Source of the DNA: Lytechinus pictus | Lineage: Eukaryota | Direction of reading: 5' to 3' | DNA: 64,000 nucleotides | NCBI RefSeq assembly: GCF_037042905.1 | Contig: NC_087250.1 | Span: 26,166,001 to 26,230,000, forward strand | In this document: in pieces, positions 11,414 to 23,590 of the stretch | How positions within the stretch are numbered: the first letter of the stretch is position 1 | How the letters are laid out: the number at the start of each line of letters is the position of its first letter | Notes under the pieces: model-generated | Told to the model about the DNA's origin: nothing | What the model saw: the letters and a program-made list of their open reading frames with translations, nothing else | Databases searched by the model: none | Translations under genes and position numbers: made by a program

Positions 11414-14400
11414 CCCCCCCCCCCCCATTAAGGTCTAATTATAGAAAATTCACAGTCCGTGCTTACGTTCGTATTAGTCTCGTTAGTGGATTGGTGAGAT
11501 ATGTCCGCTTTTCATGAATTAAACAAACTGTCCTTAAAAACGTCCCTTTTCTGGTATTTATATCAGAAATTTCCCGATAGCGCTTCGCGTTCAAATTATT
11601 CGGTTCACGTATTCCTACAAACAAACCCTAGGGTGTTGTATTTTGTTTATGTTAATGTTATAATTGAATTAGTTTTACTTTGTTTTACTATATTAATATT
11701 AAAAGCGAATAAAGAACTATATACTATATGTGCTTAACTAAAATCATCTGTTATCATTATTATTAAAATGCCCTTTTCTATGTCTGAATTTCGCGCTCGG
11801 AATAGATTATTGAGATACGTATCACGTTCGTGATTACAATGACTGCAAAAGTGTTTCATGTGTTTAGGTGTAATTTCGCATATCAATTTCTTAAAAAGTC
11901 CCTATCGTGGGAGGGGGATATCCCCTCCCACCCCCCCCCCCCACCCTCATCGGTCGCTTTACTCCCTCGCCGAGACTCAGGCACTATTCATCCCCAAATC
12001 ATCACAAGAAATCGACACCTAAGGTAAAAAAAAAACACAGTGCTATCAATCCAGACCGATCAGGATTGGTTATCACGTTATTTGCAATGATATTCCGACG
12101 GTTTGTTTTATACGTTATTTACTATGACATATTTTGGTTTGTTGAAATTACCCTGTTAAAAGTATATTTGGAAAATAACATAAAAGAAATATGCCTATTA
12201 AAATATATTGCCGAAGGTTTGAGATAAATCAATCTGCGAGATACGTTATGAAGAAAAAAAAATCCCCCTATACGAGAAATCAAGGGCAGGCCACGTACTA
12301 GCAAAACATTTTGTGCAGATGTCCCAGAATAGACCAGTTCGTAGTTACGTATGGACAATTTTGGTCAAATGACCTTTCATTTCTTTCATTATGATAGGCA
12401 GATTTCAAAGCAAGATATTACGTAAGCTTGCCTTACCTAGCAGGATGAAGAAATTGAATAGACCAGGTGACTAGAATAGCACACTAATGAACACTTTATA
12501 AAGGTATTTGTTGCGTTCCTATTTTGAATGCACATCATAGCATGTTGCACAATGTACTTGGCAAACTGTGAAATACCAGTCGTTCGTGGACGCATTGTTG
12601 TTTTTTGTGGATGTAAATGAAAACCACAATTCAAAAGAATACATGAATAATCAAGACATCAAAGTTGGTGCTTATCTCATTAGATTTTAAACCACCATGT
12701 CACTTTAGTACAAATGACCTTCCTCTGATCATGCGTAGAATCTTTTGATCATGCGCAGAAAGGAAGTACGAACTGGCTTAATAAGCACACTTTAAGAGAT
12801 TTCATTCATTATCAGGAAAAAATATCCCCAAGCATGGGATCTTTCCTTTTTTGCAAGATTTGTTTTTGTCAGTACTAAGAGGAAATTAGACGAGCTACAT
12901 GTGTTGTAGGGATGACGTCATTAACTCTTTGCCCGCCACGTACACTATCCCCCCTGCGCCACATTAATTTTCGGGTGCCACATTCAGAGGGGGTTTGCGT
13001 GCATTGTCTTATTCAACTCGCAATAACTTTTTACTGGTTTGTCGTATTGAAAAAAATTGTGTAGCAAAGTTTTAGAGAAATGAATACTCTTGCCAATGGT
13101 ATCATTTTTGTTATGTATAAAATCATAGATTTTGAGAATTTTAACTTTACATTCTGTTTCCAATTTTTCGTTTAGGAGGGTATTTTATACCTCTTATATT
13201 CAATATTTCCTAATGAAGGTTAAATTTCTAAGTTAGTCCTTTGAAAAGATGTGTTCTTTAGCTTTCATTACATACCAAATCCATGTCTTTATGGTCATTA
13301 TGAGCTAAGCAGTTTAGGATTGAAATGGGGCATTCAAAAAGAGTAAACTGACAATGAACTAAACTCTTCTATTGAAATTGACCCTGGCTACTTCTCAATA
13401 GACTTCCCGTCCTGGGAGACTTCTGGTCTATTGATACTTTGATCCCCTTATTGTTATAGGGAGGTTTGTATCGTTCTTTTATTACAAGGAAAGCAGTGCA
13501 AGCTATTGAAAGCTCATCGAAATATATCCTAAAGCAGTTCAAAAAACTCAATTTTACGCGAAAAATCTCTATGTAAACAACGTCTGCGAAAGCTATAACA
13601 CGAAAGCTAGATTCGTAAACAATGCAATACACGCGTCGCTATTGTATGTGTGTGCACACAATTACAATTAAATGCGTTCCGTATGCATTGCGTGCAAACT
13701 GTGACTTGAGTCGTCGTTGGCAGTCCGCTGTATGTGCCGCGAGTCGTCCGTGGCGGGCAAAGAGTTAAAAGGGGTTTTTTTTTCAGAAAGACTCGGTATG
13801 ACATTTGTTTTTAAGCACAGTCCAAAACAATAGCCAAGTTATAGTAAAGTAGATCAAACATATTTAATGTAGGTTATCAAAGTCACGTTCTTTACTATTT
13901 TCACAAACAATATATTTCCAAAGCTACATACCGATAAGTTCAAGTATACACGCTCTTTCAACAATCTCTGCACACTGTGTGAATGAATGCGAATACAACT
14001 GAGTTAGACATGCAGTGTGTATTGAAACATATTGGGGATTTTCCACATCATGGATCAGTGCACAAATCAAACAAAATATCCAATGTTGGATATTGATACA
14101 AATTCCATCTTTCGACAACTACAAGTTTAATGTGGCTTACGGTATAGCAATGGCGTACAGTAATGATTGGTGTAGTAATAACTGAAACGCAGGCGCGGAT
14201 CCAGGGGGAGGGGGTCAGGGGGCACGTGCCTCCCCTTTTGAGAAGCAAAATTAATATTTATAATGTAAAAAAGTGGTGTTCCTTTTGTTTTGCTTGTCAA
14301 TTTTTTTCGGGTACGAAATATCCTCAATTTGTGGCTGAAGTTTTTTTGCCTGTATAATTTTCTCGGGTACGAAATATCCTTAATTAGTGGTTGAAAAACT

Positions 14401-17400
14401 TTTTGCGTGTCAAATCATTCCTCCGAAAAATTTGCCTCCCCCAATTATTGGAAAATCCTGGATCCGCCCCTGCTGAAACGGAAGAGATACTATACAGGTT
14501 GTTGAGAACATGTACCAGTCTTGCGCAAAATTATTTGTACCTTAAAGGAGAATGAAACCTTTGGAACACGATAGCTTGTTAGAAAGCAGAAAATCAAAGA
14601 AACAGATAAACAAAATTTTGAGAAAAATCAGACAAAAAATGAGAAAGTTATGAGCATTTGAATATTGCGATCACTAATGCTATGGAGATCCTCACATTGG
14701 CAATGCGACATATATGTGTGATGTCACTTGTGAACAACTCTCCCCATTACTATAGTATATATTTCACTTAAACTGCCTCTTTTATAGCATCTATCAGTAG
14801 ATCATGTGTTCTTTCTATAGGAGTGCATGTAATACAGATTTCAAAGAATACATCATGGATAAAGAGTTTGTATCACCACAAGAAAAAGCAAAAAGAGACA
14901 TTTTGTGTGTATATCATAGTCTATCAAAGGGAAAGTTGTTCACATGTGACATCACACATCCGTGTCGCATTGCCCATGTGAGGATCTCCATAGCATTAAT
15001 GACTGCAATATTCAAATGCTCATAACTTTCTCATTATTTGTCCGATTTTTCTCAAACTTTCTTTGTTCTTATTCTTTGATTTTTCTGTGTCGACAGAAGC
15101 CCACTTGTTCCGATGGTTTCATTCCCCTTTAAGGGGCTTTCACAATTGCTCGTGTGATCGTTTGCGATCATTTGGTCACAATATATGTTGTACATTAAAT
15201 CGCAACAGTTGTAAGAAGTCGTACCACCAAATGTGAAAGGGGCTTTATACGAACAGCTTTATAAAACACCCACCAAATCGATTTTGTTCTCTTTTATTAT
15301 TGTTTCGCTCTTTTGTTACCGTTTCTCCAGTGGATGCCGGGACATTTATCGACACAATGGTACCGTCTCTGTTGACACGCAGTAAAATATTATCAACGTA
15401 ATATACACCCCAAAAAAAGTAAGTCCCCCCTAAATCAGATTGCTGTTACTTTTGAACGGAGATTTTTTTAGATATGACATTTCGTAGGTGGTTTTCTACA
15501 CTCATTAAGCAACTCCTGGGGAAAAATGAGATTGATCGCTTGAGTCATGCATGATGAATTAAAGACTGAATTAAAGATGACCATTTTTGAAAGTCACAAG
15601 AGTCGTTTTTCAGATTGTGCAAATACAAAGTTGGGCAAAAGTTGTTTTTAGGTGAATTTTATGGTGTTTTGCTGTTTTACTATCCATCATTTAGCCACTC
15701 CACATGCACAATTTTGATATCGTATGTTCATGGTTGAGTGAGCACACTATCGCAGGGGCCGCGGAAGCGGGGTGGGGGCCCACTTATTTCCAAAAGCATG
15801 TACAAAAATGTAAAAATGACCATACGATTGTGATTTTTTGCATGGTCAGCCCCCCAATTTTGCCTCAGCCCCTCCCCCACACTTTGAAAACCGTTCCGCG
15901 GCCCCTGTATTGTGACGTATCATCATAGGGGTTTTGGTAGTATCCTCTACAACTTGTTAGGTCATATTAAAATTTGAAAATGTTGGTGGCTCCCCCGATT
16001 ATAGGCCCCTCCCCCATTTTTAAATTCTGGATCCACCACTGATTTGTCCATAAATTAAACTGATCATGAGAAATTGTTAGGAAAATAATACATTTATGCA
16101 GTAAAAAGAGTATTCATTCCTAAGTTTTCGAATGTGCTCGCTCAACCATAAAATTTTTTAAAGTTCTGAAAGTGTGTGGGCAAAGAAATGATGGATGATA
16201 AAAACAACAGCAATTAAGGTCACATTTGAAACCGAATTTGCCCCCAATATTCACCTTATTACCCTTTAAAATGAGTCTGTGACATTGAAAATACCCATTT
16301 TCCCACTTTGATGCGTGCTCACTCATCCGTGAATAAACAAATCGATTTCATTTTTGCACAGAATTCTGCCCATAGGTTGATAAACATTACTGCCGATTGA
16401 CATTGCTAAAGACAGCCTTGCAAAAAAGTTCCACCATATTAAATAAGGGGTTACTTATTCTTAAACATATGCACCCACAATGTACACAAGTCTATAAAAG
16501 AGGAAGTCAAAATTTAAACAAATATGAAATAAGGGGTTTGTTTCATGGACGGTTTTTGTTACTTCTGCCAACAGTTATTTCATGAAACTTCGCACATGGC
16601 TTCAGAGTAACACTATCCAAAAGGCGCGCACACCAAAATAACAATTCGGTACGGCACAGAGTGGGGCCAAGGCCTTGAACTTTCTTCTCATTTGCATAAT
16701 TTTCGAATATTGTGTGCTCACTAATGCATTAAACATCGGGATTTTCATAAAAATCAAATCAGATGAACCGTGCAAGGAGGTTTGTAACAGATATCCATAG
16801 TTACAAATCGCATTTTTTCCAATAACGTAAAAAAGAGCTAATCACATTCCACATGTTCATTCAAGCGTGAATGTTTAATCAAACGCCTTTGAATCATTGA
16901 AGCATTTTAATTGGTCATGAACATAACGAAAACGTTGATAAAAGATCAGTTTCAGTTACCAAAATGAACCAATACTTGCCTATGATATTTGAAAATCGTA
17001 TTTTTTTGTTTTCAATAAATGTTCATTGAACCGTGAAACGATCAATATTGTTGAAGATACTCTTCCCCAAAATAACTGTCATCATATTTTATCATTTTTA
17101 TTGATGAAAATGTGTAAAAATCCAATTATAGTAAATTTGGACTTGTGTTTATTCAACAGTGAAATTTAGCCAAAAAAATTGTATCGTCTTTTAGAAAATA
17201 CCTTTTACAAGCCTTCTGACTATTTTCATGATGGGAATGTGGAATCAGTTCCAATAAAATGGAATCAAAGTCATGAATTTTGGCTTGTGACTTTTGAAAA
17301 GTGACATTTTTGCCTTCTGACAGTGCTCACTGAAGCATGACGTAAAAATACGTCCATAACATTTACTCAGAGGATAGCTTATAAAATTATCTACACGCTC

Positions 17401-19009
17401 ATGTAAAAATATATCAAAAATTCGCATTGGTACGGATATTATTGATGTTTGTTTAAGGGGGGACTTACTTTTTTGTTTGTGTATAGAATAGTGTTTGATG
17501 ACACGCAATGGAATATTATAAACATGATACACAGGCGAATTGTGTTAAGATTTTATTTTTCATTCGGGGTGAATTCCTAACATATTTATCGAAAATTCAT
17601 AAAGAAGTTTCAGTTTTCTCAAAATTTGAGAAAACTGAAGGGTGAAACTTTCCCCTCCATGACCACTCGCCTCCTTTATATAATTTCTTAGGATATTTAT
17701 TTGCGTATGAACCGTGCATCATGAACTCTTTCGGTAAACATTTCTGTTTGATTTATTTATGTTACTCTTGTTCGGAATGAAATCATAATGAATATTCCAC
17801 ATCTGATTAATATTTCTTATTCAAGGAAAACATTTTATAACCACAATAAAGCGCTGTTTATAGTTTTTATACAACGTTATTTGCTATTTGTCTTGACGGT
17901 ACACTTTAAAAATTCATGTCTAATTTATTGAATAATATTGATAATAATATCAACAATCATAATAATAATGATAACATTAATAATAATGATGATGATAATA
18001 ATAATAATAACAATAATAATTATAATAAAAGAAATGACATTGAGTTATATAGCGTCATCTATCCAGAAACAATCTATTTCGAGGCGCATTGTTATTATTG
18101 TTACTCCGGCTTTTAATAGCTTTAGGTGCCTTTCAGTGCTCAGTGCAATTTAAGGGGAATCCAACCCAAATAAAAATGTGTTTTTATAAGGAAAAAAAAA
18201 TCAGACAAGTTGATAGGTGAAAGTTTGAACAAATTTGAACAAACAACAAGAAAGTTATTAATTTTTAAAAGTTGTAACCATTGGTAATCACTATACCCAT
18301 GGAGACTTCAAATTGGCCGCATATGGGATGGCATAGTAATGTAAGGCAAGGACTACTCTTCCATGTACTCCAATACATATTATGGCTAATATATCATTTT
18401 TCCGAAAATTTTTATTTCAAATTATAGTTTTCTTTCATGAGGACATATACTAATATACTACCTGGATTATATTTAGATTACTGCCCCATGGGAATGGGTA
18501 CTTAGGAGAAAACCACAAGTCCCTGTACATGGACTATGGGAAAGTTGTCCTTGCCCCTTGTCATAATTTACTTACCCAGTTACCATTTTGAAATCTACAT
18601 AGTATTAGTGATCTCAATTTTAAAGCAGCTATAACTTTCCTTTTGCTTGTCCGATTTCTTTCAAACTATCACCATTCTGTTTGATTTATTTTTCTCCTTC
18701 CCAACACAACATTTTATGGCCAAGGCTGGATTCCCCTTTAAGGAATCAATCCTGCCGGGTATACCATTTACCTCACCTGGGTCGAGTGCAGCACTGTGTG
18801 GATAAACTTCTTGCTGAAAGAAAACACGCCATGGCTATGGTTCGAACCCTTAGAGTCAGAACCACTAGACCACAATCCGCCTATATTGCATATTAGATTT
18901 ATTTTTAAAAATCGAACTCTGTTGTTTGAACTGTTAAAGAAACTATTCTTAACCCCCCCCCCCCCCCCCCGGGGGGGGGCACTTCCATTCACGAGTTGAT
19001 ACCAAGCGC
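11414..19009 (+). repeat. Recent tandem segmental duplication, copy 2 (visible matching part)
   Basis: Matches 1-6748 except about 7-8 substitutions spotted by eye, homopolymer length changes and one 844-bp insertion. Confidence 0.97.
12925..13764. mobile_element. 840-bp non-autonomous piggyBac-like element
   Basis: Perfect 16-bp TIR CTCTTTGCCCGCCACG. TTAA TSD at 12921-12924 and 13765-13768. Single TTAA empty site at 1508-1511 in the duplicate copy. Confidence 0.92.
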
Positions 19010-19739
19010 GACCATGAGATCTCAAAAAGCACCCTAAACGCGTATTTTCGATATTCTGAAAATGCACCCCTTAACAAGTATTGGCGTGTGAAATCCTACC
19101 CTTAAAGGACAAGTCCACCCAACCATTAGTTGATTTGAATAAATAGAGAAAAATACAACAAGCATAACACTGAAAATTTCATCAAAATCGGATATGAAAT
19201 AAGAAAGTTATGACATTTTAAAATTTTGCTTAATTTCACAAAATATATGTACATCCTGGTCGGTGTGCAAATGAGGAGACTGATGACGTCATCCACTCAC
19301 TATTTCTTTTGTATTTGATTATATGAAATATGAAATATTCTAATTTTCTCCTCATTGTCAATTGAAACAAATATTAATTCCTCCCTGAACATGTGGAATT
19401 AGCATTGTTTTCAGTGGCGGATCCAGGGGGGTGACACAGGGGGCGCGCCCCTCCCTCCCCCCCCCCCCCTCTAATATTTGAGCGGCGCCTTTGGCGCCGC
19501 TCAAAAAAAAACATAAAACATAAAACATAAAAGAAAAGGTGCTGCTTGAAAAAATAAAAATAAAGGAAAGAAAAGAAAAGGCGCCACTTAAAGAAATTAT
19601 ACACTGATATAATATTAGCAACAGTAAAGGAAAGACTATCCCCCAGCAAAGCACAATCACATCATCTTCCTTATCTTACCCTTTTCCCAACAACTTCGCC
19701 GGTTAAAGATGATCAGCAGTGCGCTGCCTGCATAACTGG

Positions 19740-20400
19740 AGCCAATCAGAATAATCAGCGCCACCTAAATTTAAATTGGGCCGATCAAGGATAATAAGCG
19801 CCACCTTAATCTAAATCGGCACCGGACAAGCATAATCGGCGCCATTTTGTAATAAATCGGCGCCGGTAAAGAAAAATCGACACTGCCTAAGTTCTTAACC
19901 GGCGCCGATCAAGGATAATCAGCGCAACCTAAATCTAAATCGGGGCCGGACAAGAATAATCAGCGCCATCTGGTTATAGATTTGCGCTTCCTGAGTCTTA
20001 ACCGGCGCCGATCAAGAATAATCAGCTCCACCTAAATCTAAATCGGCGCCAGACAAGAATAATCAGCACCACCTGGTTAAAAATCGGCGCCAGTCAAGAA
20101 TAATCGGCGCCTCCTGGTTCTAAATCGGCGCCAGTCGATAATAAATTGCCGCTGCCTGAATCTTACGTGACGTTGGTAAAAATAATTAGCACTACTTGTT
20201 CTAAATCGGCGCCGCGGTCAAGACAAATCGGCGCTGCCTTTGTCTTAACCGGCGCCACCTAAATTTAAAATCGGCACCGATCAAGAATATTCAGCGTCCC
20301 CTGGTTCCAATAAATAGGCGCCGGTAGAATAATGAAGAAGGGCCTATTCCCAACCAAATCTAGATCGGCGCCGGTCAAGAACAATAATCGGCACCTGGTT
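19740..20400 (+). repeat. Degenerate minisatellite (~20/41-bp units with AATCGGCGCC core)
   Basis: Recurrent AAGAATAATCAGCGCC / CTAAATCGGCGCC units. Confidence 0.8.
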
Positions 20401-21915
20401 ATACATTTTATTGTTAAATGGTCATAACAAAGCTTATCGCGTGCCCTTACAAAGTGGACTGAAGCGGGGCAGTTGCCCAAAGATGTCATGAAATCTTTAA
20501 TTTGTTAATAAAAACAATCCCAGAATCATACAAAAGCGTAGAGTAAATCCTATAATTTTGATTTTATTTTCCAATGCTTTAATAAAAAAAAGGTCAGTCA
20601 CTTTTCTTCTTTACACATTCCACATTGTGCCACCTCTATGGCCTTTCGTGTAAGACAGCTACTATAGTGTTTTATGAAGATGATTCGATATTTTAGTCCA
20701 AAACTTTGCTAAAACCCGTTGCTAATACCGGGAGTGTATAATTACCCGACCAGACCTTTATATGTCAGACCTCAAACCACTAAATATCATTTCAATGTAT
20801 AAATACAGTTTGTCAATACCTTTGTTTTAACGTTTAAATGTTTACGCCACAAAATTTGATTTATTTTCATTTTCCATTAGTTAAATGTTATTCATCTGAT
20901 CACTCAGGAAGAAGTTAAAAACAAAAATAACGATACCTGTAAAACTGGAGAACTATTTCCAAAGCTCTGTCTTGAAGGATCTCTTTATGAATTCAGGTCT
21001 TATGCATCATATCCAGTTTTATCAAATTAGATAAAAATTACTCATCATTACAAATTGCTTTAGATTTAGTGAAAAGCATCACAATACATACCAAATTCTG
21101 CATATAGGCCTATACATCATGTACATGAAAATTGAATGATAATATATAAACCTGGATTGGTGATGTATTCCGAATGATTCATGATATAGTATCATTGTAA
21201 ATACAGAGGCGTCGATCCGGGGGGGGGGGGCGCTCGCCCCACCAATGAAAATATTCGGGGGGGGGGCCAAACACATTGTTCCCCCCCCCATAATCCCGCA
21301 TGCGCAAAAATAAAATAAAATGGTAATGTTACACAGAAATCAGCAAGCGAGATTGAGCTACAAAACTCGTTCTTTATTTAAAATCGTGCTCAATTTTGTC
21401 CGCTTTTCAGATTGGAATATAACAATTTTCACCTCACGCTCCGCGCTCGCATCATTTCTGTAGCAAAAATCCATACTTTTCATGATTAAATAGGTGAATA
21501 GAATGTCCCGTTTTCAGTTCTAAACCTCAAAAGGACTCCCGCTTCGATTGGCAATAATCTTTTGTTGGATATAATCTTATTCTTTATTGAAAACGTCCAT
21601 TAAACTGTCATTTTTTTCAGATCGAATTATCAAAATTTTAAGCTCGCGCTTCGCGCTCGCATCTTTTTTTTTTTTTTTAGATATCCATCTTAATCATTCA
21701 TACCAAAAATGCTTAGAATATCAAGCTTTTTGGTCAGAATATAAAGAAATTTCAGCTCGCCCTCGGCACTCGCATTATCTGTGTAGTGGGATGTGTATCC
21801 TCCTCATGAGTTTTTTTTTTGTCCTGTTTTCAGGTCAATATACTAAAAAAAATTAGCTCGCTCTTCGCGCTCGCATTAATTTGTTGGTGAGATTTGTGTC
21901 TCTATCTAATGCGTC

Positions 21916-21958
<43 letters not shown>

Positions 21959-21960
<2 letters not shown>

Positions 21961-22125
21961 TGTGATCAATCTTGGCGATGTACGTGTACGGGTCTCCTTC
22001 ATAATTATATTCGAGATCAAGTGTATGGAGAGGGCCGTAGCAAGGTCAATACCTGTCTTCATCAAGCTTTCGGGCACATGCCCTTCATCAGGATCTAAAC
22101 CAATAAAATACAAAATATAGGCCTA
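21959..22125 (-). mobile_element. Penelope-like terminal repeat fragment between (TA)n tracts
   Basis: Contains a minimal hammerhead motif and is flanked on both sides by TA microsatellite. Family assignment is inferred from the motif. Confidence 0.5.
22061..22094 (-). ncRNA. Minimal type I hammerhead ribozyme motif
   Basis: Minus strand ATC-CTGATGA-AGGGCATGTGCCC-GAAA-GCTT-GAT: intact core, 5-bp stem II, palindromic AAGCTT stem III, 3-bp stem I. Confidence 0.7.
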
Positions 22126-22276
22126 CTATATACATATATATATATATATATATGCATTTGTGTGTGTGCGTGTTTGTGTGTGTGAGTTTGTTTGTTTTGT
22201 GTGATCGAGCGCCTTTGGAAAGTTGATTCTTGATTTTGCCCTCCGCCCCCAATCTGAAAAAAAAGAATAGACGCCC

Positions 22277-22340
<64 letters not shown>

Positions 22341-22759
22341 AAAAAATGTATCTCAATTTATATACAAAAGTATTGGCCTCAACGCAATAAAAGGGTTAGT
22401 TCACGAGATTTTGAAATCGCACATAAACATGCATAATTTTTGTTACTTTTGCTTGTGTTTTTTTTTTTTTTTTTTTTTTAACATGGCGATTTCGTAACGG
22501 CAACACGTAAATCCGTCTCTCCTGATTTGTAAAACTTATGAGGATTTAATCTGCTCCTATCCGGATATAAGCCTACGTATTATAATCCTAGGACATATAC
22601 ACATCCACGGACTTCATATTCTGGAATAACAATGTCGTAAGATCTGCGAAAATCACAGAAAGCAAAAGGCTTAAAGCCCACCACAGGACTACCACCAGGA
22701 GCAGTGCAGAAATCCAGCTAAAAGAGACCAAACCCTTTCTCGCCGAAAGCTCCGGCTGA

Positions 22760-23590
22760 GGAGCAAGCTCTGAATTCAACCCAATCCTGGGAACCAGTGC
22801 CACTCAGCCACTCCCAAAGACGTCATCACCATGACAACAGTCGCCAGCGATTCTCCGCCCGAGCAAGCATTCCAACATGATTACAGCTCGTTTATCACAA
22901 AGAAATTCGAAGAAATGCTTGATAGGGCGGTTGGCCGTCTCGAGAAAAAGATTGGGAGTTGAAATTCTTCTCGGAGCTTCCCTTGAATTTGAAAGACAAA
23001 GGGTTAACGATATCCAGGACAACCAACGCCGCCTTGAAGCAAACTTAAAGGCCTTAGATGAAGAGGTAACCAGACTCCGCGCCGACGCCGACAAGGGCGA
23101 GGTAGCCGCGAACAAGAGCGAACGTTTTTCAAGAAGGAACAACATTCGTCTTGTCGGGATCGATGAACTCTAGCCGACGACAGGTCTTGACGATAGTGGA
23201 TCATCTTCCCAGCTTCTAGCAGTCGCCCAACCTCATCAAAGTGAAGATTGCATCGCGTTAGTAGAAGAAAAGCTACGATCCCTCTTCGGCATCAACGCGA
23301 ATGTTGAGCGTACTCACCGCGATGGTAGGAAAGTTGCTGGAAATTAAACCACGTCATATTCTTGTGAAGCTCTTATCCTACCGCGATAAGGTTGAAGTGA
23401 TGAAGAAAGCAAGAAATGTCCTAAAAAATTAGAAGTTCTTCATCATCGATGATCTTACTAACGCAGATCTTCAAGAAAAGCGCAAATGGGCTAAGCACAG
23501 TCAGGCGCTCTATGCCCAATGTTCGAGGATGCGTTTCTACGCCGGGAAGTGGCGCCTCCGTGGAGGAGATGGCTATAATTTTGAGACCCC
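22760..23590 (+). pseudogene. Decayed LINE ORF1 (coiled coil + RRM + CTD; L1 ORF1p/Transposase_22-like)
   Basis: Peptides LEANLKALDEEVTRLR, ERFSRRNNIRLVGIDE, VERTHRDG, PRHILVKLLSYRDK and FIIDDLT are spread across frames with stops and frameshifts. Confidence 0.8.

Noticed and set aside
19740..20400. CRISPR-like repeat-spacer array
   Set aside because: Units are degenerate and contiguous with no unique spacers; this is a minisatellite inside a TIR element.
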